NCBI GenBank assembly: GCA_044220955.1
Contig: JBGAQA010000016.1
Span: 38,286 to 102,285 of the forward strand
Reading direction: 5' to 3'
Length of the DNA stretch: 64,000 nt
From: Sandaracinaceae bacterium
GTDB taxonomy: Bacteria > Myxococcota_A > Polyangia > Polyangiales > Sandaracinaceae
The position numbers and the translations under genes were made by a program. Positions 9,586 to 18,969 of this stretch are shown one piece after another (the stretch's first letter is position 1; each line of letters begins with the position of its first letter). The notes beneath the pieces are model-generated. The model searched no databases and was not told where the DNA came from. It saw nothing but the letters and a program-made list of their open reading frames with translations.

Positions 9586-10995
9586 ATGCGAGGCATCCAG
9601 CGCCTGAGCCGGCGGCAGCTCCTGCAGGGCGGTGCGGCCCTCTCGGCCTACGCCGCGCTCGGCGGGTGCGGGGTGCCGGTCGATCCGGGACCGCCCCCCG
9701 GCAGCGTCGGGGCGCGCCCCTTCCGCGACCTGCCCGAAGGGACGGACACGCTGCCCCAGATCGAGCACGTGGTCGTCGTGATGATGGAGAACCACTCGTT
9801 CGACAACTACTTCGGCATGCTCGATCCGAGCGTCGGCTTCGCCCTCGACGCCGCGGGCCTGCCGACGGCGAGCTGCCCGGACGGGATGGGCCACCGCATC
9901 CGCGCGTTCCACATGCCGAGCGCCTGCCAGCTCGACGCGCAGCCGAGCCAGGCGTGGGACGCGAGCCACACGGCGTACGCCGACGGCCGGAACGACGGCT
10001 TCGTGCTCGGCAGCGGCCCGGTCGCGATGGGGTACTGGGACGAGCGCGACATCCCCTTCTACTACTCGCTCGCGCGCTCGTTCACGCTCTGCAGCCGGTG
10101 GTTCGGCTCGACGCTCGCCCAGACGTACCCGAACCGCCGCTTCCTGCTCGCGGGCACCGCCGCCGGGATCATCAGCACGGACGCGAGCGCGATCTCGGCG
10201 CCGCCGCCGCCGAACGGCACCCTCTTCGAGCGCCTCGACGCGCACGGGATCACGTGGCGGGACTACGCGTCGGACCTGCCGGGGATCGCGATCCTGCCAC
10301 GCATCCCCCGCAACCGGGCGACGCTCGGGACGATCGCGGGCTTCATGGCGGACGCGGCGGCCGGGACCCTGCCGAGCGTGTCGCTGGTCGATCCGCCCTT
10401 CACGTCGGACGGCTCGGAGGAGAACCCGCAGGACATCCGGCTCGGCGAGCGCTTCGCCGCGCAGGTGATCCGGGCGGTGACGAGCGGTCCGGGGTGGCCG
10501 CGCACGCTGCTCGTGTGGCTCTACGACGAGCACGGCGGCTACTACGATCACGTGCCGCCTCCCGACGCGATCCCGCCCGACGCGATCCCGCCCACGCTGC
10601 CCGCCGGGCACCCGCCCGGCGCCTACGACCGCTACGGGTTCCGCGTGCCGGCCGTGATCGTGTCGCCCTACGCGAAGCCGGGCTACGTGTCCTCGACGGT
10701 CCGCGACCACACGTCCGTGCTGCGCTTCATCGAGCGGAAGTGGAACCTCGGGGCGCTGACGCTACGCGACGCGGCCGCCGACGATCTCTCCGACTGCCTC
10801 GACTTCGACGCGCCGCCGCGCCTGCTCGTGCCGCCCGTGCTCGCGCCGGCGGCGCTCGAGGCGGCGAGCCCTGCCGCGTGCACGCCCGGCATGCCGGGGA
10901 CCATCCCGCCGCCCGAGGCCGTGCTCATGGGCCGGAGCGAGCGCGTGCTCACGCCGATGGGGCGCGCGCTCAGCGCGCTGATGCGCAGCGCGTGA
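9586..10995 (+). CDS. Phospholipase C / acid phosphatase (Phosphoesterase family), putative Tat lipoprotein
   Basis: IEHVVVVMMENHSFDNYFG, TYPNR, YDEHGGYYDHVPPP, GFRVPAVIVSPY, DHTSVLRFIE; twin-Arg LSRRQLL plus lipobox LGGC. Confidence 0.92.
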   Translation: MRGIQRLSRRQLLQGGAALSAYAALGGCGVPVDPGPPPGSVGARPFRDLPEGTDTLPQIEHVVVVMMENHSFDNYFGMLDPSVGFALDAAGLPTASCPDGMGHRIRAFHMPSACQLDAQPSQAWDASHTAYADGRNDGFVLGSGPVAMGYWDERDIPFYYSLARSFTLCSRWFGSTLAQTYPNRRFLLAGTAAGIISTDASAISAPPPPNGTLFERLDAHGITWRDYASDLPGIAILPRIPRNRATLGTIAGFMADAAAGTLPSVSLVDPPFTSDGSEENPQDIRLGERFAAQVIRAVTSGPGWPRTLLVWLYDEHGGYYDHVPPPDAIPPDAIPPTLPAGHPPGAYDRYGFRVPAVIVSPYAKPGYVSSTVRDHTSVLRFIERKWNLGALTLRDAAADDLSDCLDFDAPPRLLVPPVLAPAALEAASPAACTPGMPGTIPPPEAVLMGRSERVLTPMGRALSALMRSA

Positions 10996-11695
10996 CGAAC
11001 GCCGCGAGCTCGGTCGACACGACCGGCGTCGCGACGTGACCGCCGTCGAAGGTGGTGAAGCGGACGTCGAGCGCGTGCGCGCGCATGACCTCGACGAGGT
11101 GCGCATCGCCCTCGTACGCGAGCACCGTGTCGCGGGTGCCGTGGGCGACGTAGACGGGGAGCCCGCGGCGCGCGTCGAGCCGGGCCGTGGTGGCCTCCTC
11201 GTCGATCATCGTCCCGCTCAGCAGCACCAGGCCGGCGAGCGGGCGCGGATCGCGGAGCGCGAGGTCGAGCGACACCATGGCGCCCTGGGAGAAGCCGCCG
11301 AGGATCAGCGCGCGCCCCGGGTGGGCACGGCTCAGCTCGTCGAGGAGCGCGGTCACCCGCTCGCGCGCCTGCACGGCGCCGGGCATGCGGTCGCTGCCGA
11401 GCGAGCCGAGAGGGTGCGGCAGCGCGAACCACATCGTGCCGTGGCCCTCGTGGCCGGGGATCCTCAGGGGCGCGCGTGGCAGCACGAGCAGCGTCCCGCG
11501 GGGCAGATCGCCGCGGTCGGCGAGCCCGAGGAAGTGCTCCGGCGCGGAGCCGTAGCCGTGCAGCATCACCACGATCGGCCCCTCGCCCCGCCCGATCGTG
11601 CGCTCGAGCGTCTCGAGCGGCGCCGCCGCCACCGCCTGCGCGCACCCCGACGCGACGAGCGCGAGGACGAGCGGGAGCACGCAGCGGAGCTTCAC
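10970..11695 (-). CDS. Phospholipase/carboxylesterase (alpha/beta hydrolase), lipoprotein
   Basis: MLHGYG, GFSQG nucleophile elbow, HGTRD, GGH; lipobox ASGC. Confidence 0.88.
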   Translation of the reverse strand: MKLRCVLPLVLALVASGCAQAVAAAPLETLERTIGRGEGPIVVMLHGYGSAPEHFLGLADRGDLPRGTLLVLPRAPLRIPGHEGHGTMWFALPHPLGSLGSDRMPGAVQARERVTALLDELSRAHPGRALILGGFSQGAMVSLDLALRDPRPLAGLVLLSGTMIDEEATTARLDARRGLPVYVAHGTRDTVLAYEGDAHLVEVMRAHALDVRFTTFDGGHVATPVVSTELAAFVTRCASAR

Positions 11696-11777
11696 CGATG
11701 GAGTGTACGCCTCGCCGCGCGCCGCGCCGCTCGACCCGGTCGATCGGTGCGGCGGGAGTGTTCGCTCGCGCCCGTCC

Positions 11778-13025
11778 TCAGCTCTTGCCCGAGAGCAGGG
11801 CGCGCGCGATCTGCGAGATCTGGATCTCGTCGGTGCCGCCGTAGATCTGGAGCACCTTGCAGTCGCGGCAGAGCTGCTCGACGCGGTACTCGGCCATGTA
11901 GCCGTTGCCGCCGAAGAGCTGCACGGCCTCGAGGCAGACGTCCATCGCCGCCTGTGCCGAGTAGAGCTTGCAGGCGCTGGCCTCGGCGAGCGAGAGGCCC
12001 TTGCCCCAGCCGGCGAGCTCGATCTGCTTGAAGAGCAGGTTCTGGATGTTCATGCGCGCGACCTCCATCTTCGCGAGCTTCAGCTGCACGAGCTGGAACT
12101 CGCCGATGGGCTTGCCGAACTGCACGCGCATCCCCGCGTACTGCGTGCAGAGCTCGAGGCATCGCTCGACGATGCCGAGGGCCATCGCGACGACGCCCGA
12201 GCGCTCCGAGCCGAAGGTCTCCTTCGCGTCGCCACGCGCGCTCGCGTCCTCGCTCTCGCCGATGAGGCGGTCGCGCGGCACGCGCACGTTCTCGAGGAAG
12301 AGCTCGCCCGTGGGTGAGCCGTGCAGGCCCATCTTGCGCAGCGGCTTGCTCTGCACCAGGCCGGGCGTGCCCTTGTCGAGGATGAACGAGACGACCTTGC
12401 GCTGCTCGGGCGCCGTGACGCCGTCGTCGAGGCGGCAGATGAACACGATCGTGTCGGCGTAGGGGCCGTTCGTGATGAACGTCTTCTGGCCGTTGAGCAG
12501 GTAGTGGTCGCCGTCGCGCCGCGCGGTGGACTTCATCGAGCCGAACGCGTCGCTGCCGGAGCCGGGCTCGGTGATGGCCCAGGCGCCGATCTTGTCGAGC
12601 GTGAGCAGCGCCGGAACGAACTTCTCCTTCTGGGCGATCGTGCCCTTGCGCTGGATCGCGCCGGCGGTGAGGCCGACGCTCACGCCGAGCGCCGTGATCA
12701 TGCCGGGCGAGTACTTCGAGAGCTCGATCGTCGGGATCGCGCGCATCGCCGCCGCGTCGGCGGCCTCCTGCGAGAAGCCCTCGCGCTTCTTCTTCTCGGG
12801 CGGAGGCTCGCCCGTCTCGGCGCGCTTCTTCTCCTTGGCGAGGTCCGACTCGAACTTGGCCTTCGCCATCTCGCCCGCGCCGAAGGTCGCGAACATCTTG
12901 CGAAGGACCTCGTAAGGCGGTGTGTCCCCGAGCTCGATGTCGTCGATCCTCGGCGCGACCTCCGCCTGGACGAAGCGCTGGAACATCTCGCGGATCTGCA
13001 GGTGTGTCTCGTTCCACTCGATCAT
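11778..13025 (-). CDS. Acyl-CoA dehydrogenase
   Basis: WAITEPGSGSD, LNGQKTFITNG, RVQFGKPIGEFQ, QLFGGNGY, QIYGGTDEIQ. Confidence 0.95.
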   Translation of the reverse strand: MIEWNETHLQIREMFQRFVQAEVAPRIDDIELGDTPPYEVLRKMFATFGAGEMAKAKFESDLAKEKKRAETGEPPPEKKKREGFSQEAADAAAMRAIPTIELSKYSPGMITALGVSVGLTAGAIQRKGTIAQKEKFVPALLTLDKIGAWAITEPGSGSDAFGSMKSTARRDGDHYLLNGQKTFITNGPYADTIVFICRLDDGVTAPEQRKVVSFILDKGTPGLVQSKPLRKMGLHGSPTGELFLENVRVPRDRLIGESEDASARGDAKETFGSERSGVVAMALGIVERCLELCTQYAGMRVQFGKPIGEFQLVQLKLAKMEVARMNIQNLLFKQIELAGWGKGLSLAEASACKLYSAQAAMDVCLEAVQLFGGNGYMAEYRVEQLCRDCKVLQIYGGTDEIQISQIARALLSGKS

Positions 13026-13087
13026 GGGGGGAGACGGTACCGGATCGCGCGCTTGCTCGATACGCGCGAGGTGGCGAGCATGGGAGG

Positions 13088-13582
13088 ATGATCACGATCC
13101 GCCCCGCGAGGCCCGATGACGCCCCCACGCTGCTCGCGCTGGTCCGAGCGCTCGCCGCGTACGAGCGGGCGCCCGACGCGGTCGTCGCGACGGAGGCGGA
13201 CTTCGCGCGGGGGCTCGGCACGGAGATGGACGCGCTCGTCGCCGAAGAGGAGGGCGCGGCCCTCGGCTTCGCGCTCTTCTTCTCCACGTGGAGCACGTGG
13301 CGGGGGCGACCGGGGGTCCACCTCGAGGATCTCTTCGTCGTCCCGGAGGCGCGCGGACGCGGCGTCGGCGCGGCGCTGCTCTCGGCCGTCGCCGCCGAGG
13401 CCGTGCGCCGCGGCTGCGCGCGCCTCGAGTGGCAGGTGCTCGACTGGAACGAGCCCGCGCTGGCGTTCTACCGGTCGCTCGGCGCCGCGTCGCTCGACGA
13501 GTGGGTGCCGATGCGCGTCGACGGCGAGGCGCTCGCGGCGCTGGCGAAGCGGCACGAGGGCCGCGTGCAGTCCGATCGCTGA
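13088..13582 (+). CDS. GNAT N-acetyltransferase (diamine acetyltransferase-like)
   Basis: WSTWRG..LEDLFV.PEARGRGVG..RLEWQVLDWNEPALAFY; start at MITIRPA. Confidence 0.9.
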   Translation: MITIRPARPDDAPTLLALVRALAAYERAPDAVVATEADFARGLGTEMDALVAEEEGAALGFALFFSTWSTWRGRPGVHLEDLFVVPEARGRGVGAALLSAVAAEAVRRGCARLEWQVLDWNEPALAFYRSLGAASLDEWVPMRVDGEALAALAKRHEGRVQSDR

Positions 13583-13684
13583 TCGCCGCCCGAAATTGCA
13601 TCGGCTCGCCTCTTCGGCCCCTACCGTCCGCGGGCTGCGCCCGCTCCCGTCCGGGACCTCCGCGGCGAGCACTCCTCTCGGCGA
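13583..13684. repeat. REP-like imperfect palindrome between convergent genes
   Basis: Nested arms TCGCCG/CGGCGA and GCTCGCC/GGCGAGC around a central GCGGGCTGCGCCCGC. Confidence 0.4.
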
Positions 13685-14203
13685 TCAGGCCCCGTTGATC
13701 GTGACCTTGATCATCTTCACGGGGGTGACCGGGCGGTCCCCGCCGTCCGTCTTCGTGTTCTCGATCTTCGTCACGACGTCCATGCCCGAGATCACCTTGC
13801 CGAAGACGGGGTGCTTCGACTGACCGGGCGTGAAGAAGTCGAGGAAGGCGTTGTGCTTGGTGTTGATGAAGAACTGCGAGCTGCCGCTGTTCGGCGCGCC
13901 GGTGTTCGCCATCGAGAGGGTGCCGGGCTCGTTCGAGATCTTCGCGTTCGCCGGGTGCTCGTCCTGGATGCAGCCGTCCGGGCCGTTGCCGGTGCCCGCG
14001 CGCGGGCTCTTCGGGTCGCGGCTGTGAGGGCAGCCGAACTGGCACATGAAGCCCGAGATCACCCGGTGGAAGTGCAGGCCGTCGTAGAAGCCGCTCTTGG
14101 CGAGCTTCACGAAGTTGCCCGCCGTGATGGGCATCTTGTCGGTGAAGAGCTCGACGGTGAAGGAGCCGAGGGAGGTCTCACAGGTCGCGGTGGGGTTCGC
14201 CAT
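13685..14203 (-). CDS. Cyclophilin-type peptidyl-prolyl cis-trans isomerase
   Basis: [45 protein letters not shown]; real start MANPTAT at 14203, upstream ORF extension is shadow. Confidence 0.95.
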   Translation of the reverse strand: MANPTATCETSLGSFTVELFTDKMPITAGNFVKLAKSGFYDGLHFHRVISGFMCQFGCPHSRDPKSPRAGTGNGPDGCIQDEHPANAKISNEPGTLSMANTGAPNSGSSQFFINTKHNAFLDFFTPGQSKHPVFGKVISGMDVVTKIENTKTDGGDRPVTPVKMIKVTINGA

Positions 14204-14582
14204 GAGGCGCGTTGGTAGCAGGCGACCGGCCGCACGGGAAGGGCGATCGAAGCGCCGGACACCAGCGTCCGGAGGTCCAGATGGGGTCGCGGGCTCTTCT
14301 TGCCGCCGGCCCCAACGTCGGGTCATGACGCCGCCCGCGATCGCGGTCGGTCTCGGGCTCCGCCGCTCGGGCCACGCGTTCGCGATCGCAGGGTCGGTCG
14401 CGCCGTTCCTCGCCGCGCCCGCGCTCGGTGCCGCCGTCGCGCGCGACCGGCGTGCGTGATGGTGCGTGTCGTCTCGGCGGAGGCCGCGCGCGAGCCAGCC
14501 GATCGAGGCCGACGTCCAGGCCGGTTGTAACTCCGGCGCGGGGCACCCGTCGTGCTCGCGCTGAGCTACCTTGCCGCCGGGG

Positions 14583-16952
14583 ATGGTCAACGCGGCGCCG
14601 TCTGTTCCGCCTGCTCCGGCGAGCACGATGATCGTGCTCGTCGCGCGCGATCTGGCGGCTGCCGACGCGCTGATGACCGCGCTCGAGGAGCGCGGGGCCA
14701 CGGTGGAGCTGACGAGCACGAGAGAGGTCGCGCGCACGGCGCGGGCGGTGGCGCCCGACGTCGTCGCGGTGCTGGACGAGCAGGGCGCGGAGGTGCGCGC
14801 GGCCCTCGCGCGCGACCCGCTCGTGTGTACGGTCCCGGTCGACGACACACCCGCCTCGGACGCCGGGCTGCACGCGGCCGCGCTGGTCGAGCTGGCGTCA
14901 CGTGGGCCGGAGCGGGCAGGGCTGGGCCTCGCGCCCGCGGGAGACACGCTCGGCGCGCGCATCGGGCACGCGCTGGCGCCGCACGCGTCCGGGGTCTTCT
15001 CGGTGCGCGACTCCTCCCGCGCGGGCGGCGTCGCGGTGCTGCCCTCCCCGCGGCAAGACGCGCTCTCCGCGCTGCTCGAGCGCATGCGCCCGCTGGCGGC
15101 GCGCGGTGAGCGCGTGACGGTGTCGTTCCTCGAGACGACGGGCGGCAAGCTCCACTCGCTGCCGCCGGCCGCGCCGGTCGCGCGGGGCATGCCCGACGGA
15201 ACGCGCATCGTCCTTCTCTCTCTCTCGGGCGCGAACAACGACCCGCTCGTCGAGCGCCTCGCGCTCGCCGGCGCCGAGGTCGTCGCGGTCGAGGCGGGGG
15301 GCACCGGCGTCGGTCGGGCGCGCGCGCTCGCGCCCGACGTGATCCTCGCCGACGAGGACGTGCTCGACGACCCGGAGGCGCCGGCGCTGACGGCGCTGCT
15401 GAGTGACCCGCGGCTCTCCTGGTCGACGGTCGTCGCGCTCCCACACACGCTGCTCGCGGGGACGGTCGACGCGCGGGCGCTCGCGCGCATCGAGGCAGCG
15501 GTCCACGACGCCGTCGCCGCGGACCACGAGATCACGCGCCTCGCCGAGCGGCGCGACGCGTTCCACGTGCGCCTCGATGCGACCGGTCCGCTCCGGCTCC
15601 TGCGCGCGCTCGCGCGCGCGCGGACGCATCTGCGCGCGAGCGTGACGGCCGAGGCGATCCAGGTGGACGTCGAGCTCGACGACGGGCTGGTCGTCGGAGC
15701 GCAGGCGCGGGGCGCCGCGGGCGAGGTCGCGCAAGGCCATGCCGCGCTCGCGACGCTGTTCACCCTCCCTTCCGGGCGCGTCCGCGTCGCACCCTGGAGC
15801 GGCACGCGCTCCATCGACGTCATGGCGCCGGTCGAGGACGCGGTGCGCGTGGCGATGCGCGAGCGCCCGCGCATCCGCTCGTCCTGGCGGCCGCGCACCT
15901 CGGACCGTCCGGCGGTCGTCGCTCCCGCGAGCGAGGTGGTCGCGCAGCTGGAGGCGCGCCTGTCGAGCCGGCCCGACCCACCGCCGCCGCCGACCTCCGA
16001 GCCGGTGTTCGCCGGGCCCACGCCGAGGCCGCGCGAGCGTCGGTCGAGCCCGACACCGGCCACCGTCGAGCACCGCTCCGTCGACCGGGACTCCTCGCCC
16101 CCGCAGCCGGCGTTCTTCTCCACCGCTTCGTCGCCGCGGCCTCCGAAGCCGGTCGACGATCCGAGCGCGCCGCTCGACGTCGCGGCGCTCGAGGCCTCCG
16201 CGCTCGAGGCCCCCGCGCTCGAGGCCTCCGCGCTCGAGGCCTCCGCGCCGTCGACGCAGGCCGCGGCTCCCTCGCTCGCCGATCGGCTCGAGCCCGCCGC
16301 GCCGTCTGCCGTGTCGTCGCCGCGGCCGCGGGCCTCGTCGTCGCGGGCCTGGGCGTACGTGGCCATCCTCGCGGGGCTCGCGCTCCTGGTCCCCGTCGCG
16401 CTCCGGCTCCGCTCGCCGCCCCCGCCCTCGAGCGCAGCGATCGACGCTCGCTCGCTCGAGGCCGCCTTCGAGCGCGCCGAGGCGGAGGCCGAAGTGTATG
16501 CGCCCGCGGCCGCGGCGCGCGCGGCCGAGCGCGCGCTCCAGGCCGCGCCGCCCGCGACGACCGATACCGCGTCGGCCGCGCCCCGTCCGGCGCTCGACGC
16601 CGCGACCCTCGAGGGGATGATCACGCGCGGCAACTTCGCCCGGCACCGCGGCGCGCTCGATCTCGCGGCGCGCTACTACGGCGACGTCGTCGCCGCCGAC
16701 CCGGCCAATGGCCGCGCGCTCGCGGGCCTGGCCCGCGTGCACCAGCTGCGCGGTGACCTGCCGGAGGCCACGCGCTGGGCGCGCGTGCTGCTGGACGCGC
16801 ACCCCGATCATCCGGCGAACTACGTGCTGCTCGCGGACCTGCTCATCGCGGCGGGCGACACGCTGGGCGCGCGCGCGATCCTCGAGGACGTCACGCGTCG
16901 CTATCCTCGCAACGAGGCGGCGAGGGCGCGCCTCGACTCGCTCGATCGCTGA
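14583..16952 (+). CDS. Membrane signalling-type protein: degenerate receiver-like and DUF4388-like region, Pro-rich linker, TM, C-terminal TPRs
   Basis: [12 protein letters not shown] receiver-like strand; [21 protein letters not shown]4388-like; [22 protein letters not shown] helices at the end. Confidence 0.6.
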   Translation: MVNAAPSVPPAPASTMIVLVARDLAAADALMTALEERGATVELTSTREVARTARAVAPDVVAVLDEQGAEVRAALARDPLVCTVPVDDTPASDAGLHAAALVELASRGPERAGLGLAPAGDTLGARIGHALAPHASGVFSVRDSSRAGGVAVLPSPRQDALSALLERMRPLAARGERVTVSFLETTGGKLHSLPPAAPVARGMPDGTRIVLLSLSGANNDPLVERLALAGAEVVAVEAGGTGVGRARALAPDVILADEDVLDDPEAPALTALLSDPRLSWSTVVALPHTLLAGTVDARALARIEAAVHDAVAADHEITRLAERRDAFHVRLDATGPLRLLRALARARTHLRASVTAEAIQVDVELDDGLVVGAQARGAAGEVAQGHAALATLFTLPSGRVRVAPWSGTRSIDVMAPVEDAVRVAMRERPRIRSSWRPRTSDRPAVVAPASEVVAQLEARLSSRPDPPPPPTSEPVFAGPTPRPRERRSSPTPATVEHRSVDRDSSPPQPAFFSTASSPRPPKPVDDPSAPLDVAALEASALEAPALEASALEASAPSTQAAAPSLADRLEPAAPSAVSSPRPRASSSRAWAYVAILAGLALLVPVALRLRSPPPPSSAAIDARSLEAAFERAEAEAEVYAPAAAARAAERALQAAPPATTDTASAAPRPALDAATLEGMITRGNFARHRGALDLAARYYGDVVAADPANGRALAGLARVHQLRGDLPEATRWARVLLDAHPDHPANYVLLADLLIAAGDTLGARAILEDVTRRYPRNEAARARLDSLDR
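16185..16244 (+). repeat. In-frame 15-bp tandem repeat x4 ([10 protein letters not shown])
   Basis: GCGCTCGAGGCC(T/C)CC four times. Confidence 0.9.
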
Positions 16953-16992
16953 CGCGCCTGGCAGCGGAGCCCACGGGGCGTAGATTCGGCCT

Positions 16993-17445
16993 ATGACCGC
17001 GTCGTTCGACGTCAAGCGCATCCTCTGTCCGACCGACTTCTCGCCCGCGTCCGAGGGCGCCATCCGCGCCGCCGAGACGGTCGCGGAGCGCTTCGGCGCG
17101 CGCCTCGAGCTCCTGCACGTCTGGTCGCCCCCGGTGATGGTCGCCCTCGACGCGGCCGTCCTCCCCTCGCCCGCCGAGATCGTGCAGCTCACGGCGGGCC
17201 TCGAGCAGGCGCTCGCGGGGGCCAGCAAGAAGCTCTCGCTGCCCGCCGATCGCGTCGATCGACACCTCGTGCAGGGCGTGGCGTGGCGCGAGGTCACCGA
17301 GTTCGCGAGCGCGAAGGGCTTCGATCTGATCGTGATGAGCTCGCACGGTCGCTCGGGCATCGCGCACTTCGTGATGGGGAGCGTGACCGAGCGGGTGGTG
17401 CGTACGTCCAAGGTGCCGGTGCTCGTCGTGCCCGCCGTCGGCTGA
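16993..17445 (+). CDS. Universal stress protein (UspA family)
   Basis: RILCPTDFS, LLHV, DLIVMSSHGRSG..MGSVTERVVR...PVLVV. Confidence 0.93.
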   Translation: MTASFDVKRILCPTDFSPASEGAIRAAETVAERFGARLELLHVWSPPVMVALDAAVLPSPAEIVQLTAGLEQALAGASKKLSLPADRVDRHLVQGVAWREVTEFASAKGFDLIVMSSHGRSGIAHFVMGSVTERVVRTSKVPVLVVPAVG

Positions 17446-17595
17446 GCCGTCAGGCCGGCGGGACGCCCAGCTCCGCGCGGACCTCGTCGACCCGCGGGCC
17501 GCCGTGATCTCTCGCCGCTCCGTGGAAGGGTGACGCTCGACGTCCGGCGCGCAGGACGCGGGTGTCCGGCGATCCGACGCCGCGGAGCGGGGGCC

Positions 17596-18393
17596 TCAGC
17601 GCTCGGGAGCGAGCACCGCGTCGTCGAGCTCGACCTCGATGGGCGCGTGGTCGCTGCCGAGGACGGCCGCGTGGATGCGCGCGCCCCGCAGGAACGGCGC
17701 TGCGCCGGGCGAGACGAGCGCGAGGTCGATCCGCCAGCCGACGTTCTTCTCGCGGACGCCGTAGCGCTGGCTCCACCACGAGTAGCGTAGAGGAGCGGGG
17801 TCGAACACGCGAAGCGAGTCCACCCAGCCGCGCGCGAGCCAGCGCAGGAGCTCCTTGCGCTCGTTCGGCAGGAACCCGCTCGTCTTCTCGTTCTCCTTCG
17901 GACGCGCGAGGTCGATCGGATAGGGCGCGGTGTTGAAGTCGCCCATCACGACGATCCGCTCGCCCCGCGCGAGCCCGTCCTCCAGCTTGTGGAACAGGGC
18001 ACGGTAGAAGCGCAGCTTGTAGGGCACGCGGGAGTTGTCGCGGTCCTTGCCGCTCCCGTTCGGGAAGTACCCGTTCACGAGGGTGAGCGCGCCGACGCGC
18101 ACGATCTGAAGGCGCCCCTCGACGTCGAAGCTGCGCGCGCCGAGCGAGCTCTCGGCGTGGTCGAGCGGCCGGTTCGAGTACACGGCGACGCCGCTGTACC
18201 CGGGCCGCTCCGCGTGGACGAAGTGGGTGTGCGGGTGGCTCTTCGGCGCTCGCATCCTCGGCGAGAGCTGCTCGGGTCGCGCCCGGGTCTCCTGCACCCC
18301 GATCAGATCGGGGCGGGCCTTCGCGAGGAAGCGGGTCCAGCCCTTCTTCTCGATCGAGCGGAGCCCGTTCACGTTCCACGAGATGATTCGCAC
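17596..18393 (-). CDS. xth: Exodeoxyribonuclease III (AP endonuclease)
   Basis: ISWNVNGLR, QETR, GYSGVA, YFPNG, GDFN, GWRID, SDHAP. Confidence 0.95.
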   Translation of the reverse strand: MRIISWNVNGLRSIEKKGWTRFLAKARPDLIGVQETRARPEQLSPRMRAPKSHPHTHFVHAERPGYSGVAVYSNRPLDHAESSLGARSFDVEGRLQIVRVGALTLVNGYFPNGSGKDRDNSRVPYKLRFYRALFHKLEDGLARGERIVVMGDFNTAPYPIDLARPKENEKTSGFLPNERKELLRWLARGWVDSLRVFDPAPLRYSWWSQRYGVREKNVGWRIDLALVSPGAAPFLRGARIHAAVLGSDHAPIEVELDDAVLAPER

Positions 18394-18462
18394 CGACGGA
18401 TCCTAGCGCGGGCGAGCCGACGACTCTTCTCCACGGCACGCGGGGCGTCGTACCGTGTGGCG

Positions 18463-18969
18463 ATGGCGCTCCTGGCTCCGTTCCCCGTCCAGTGGTCGAT
18501 CGTCGGCGAGGTCGCAGTGTTCGACGGTCGGCTCGACGCGATCGGCGAGGCCGGCGCGAGGCTCGAGGCCGACGTCGTCGCCGCGCCGGGCGACGAGCTG
18601 CGCATCGACATCCGGCAGGACGACGGGAGCGAGGTCGCGATCGGGCTCGTACGCGTCGAGTCGGCCGATCCGATCACCGGGATGGAGGTCGCCTTCGTCG
18701 CCCTCGGGATCGATCTCGAGCTGCTGTCGATGCTCGCCGGGGCGACACGCCGCGCGAAGGACTCGGTGGTGCCCAAGATGCCGCCGCTCCCGGGCGCCGG
18801 TGATCCCGGTGACGCCGGGCGTCTACGAGACCGGTGGCGTCACGCTGCGCCTCGATCGCGCGCGAAGCGCGTCCACGGAAAAGCGAAGGGCGACCAGGCC
18901 TCTCGGCGGTCGCCCTTCCAGCGGGTGTCACCCCGCTGCGGTCAAGCGGTGGGAGGGGTCAGGTGGTAA
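18463..18969 (+). CDS. Hypothetical protein, PilZ-like beta domain; probable +1 frameshift near 18792
   Basis: GRLDAIGEAGARL...GMEVAF resembles PilZ; GC3-rich codon usage shifts to another frame after CTCCCGGGCGCCG. 3' end uncertain. Confidence 0.45.
   Translation: MALLAPFPVQWSIVGEVAVFDGRLDAIGEAGARLEADVVAAPGDELRIDIRQDDGSEVAIGLVRVESADPITGMEVAFVALGIDLELLSMLAGATRRAKDSVVPKMPPLPGAGDPGDAGRLRDRWRHAAPRSRAKRVHGKAKGDQASRRSPFQRVSPRCGQAVGGVRW
18878..18918 (-). terminator. Intrinsic-terminator-like hairpin (minus-strand T-tract)
   Basis: Perfect 11-bp inverted repeat GAAGGGCGACC (18885-18895) / GGTCGCCCTTC (18908-18918), followed on the minus strand by GCTTTTCC. Confidence 0.5.

Noticed and set aside
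14325..14459. 44-aa hydrophobic ORF in the cyclophilin upstream spacer
   Set aside because: No RBS or motif support.
17450..17595. Gene-end-like fragment (DHGGPRVDEVRAELGVPPA-stop) and hairpin between the usp gene and xth
   Set aside because: No start or homology evidence; the hairpin is compatible with a simple terminator.
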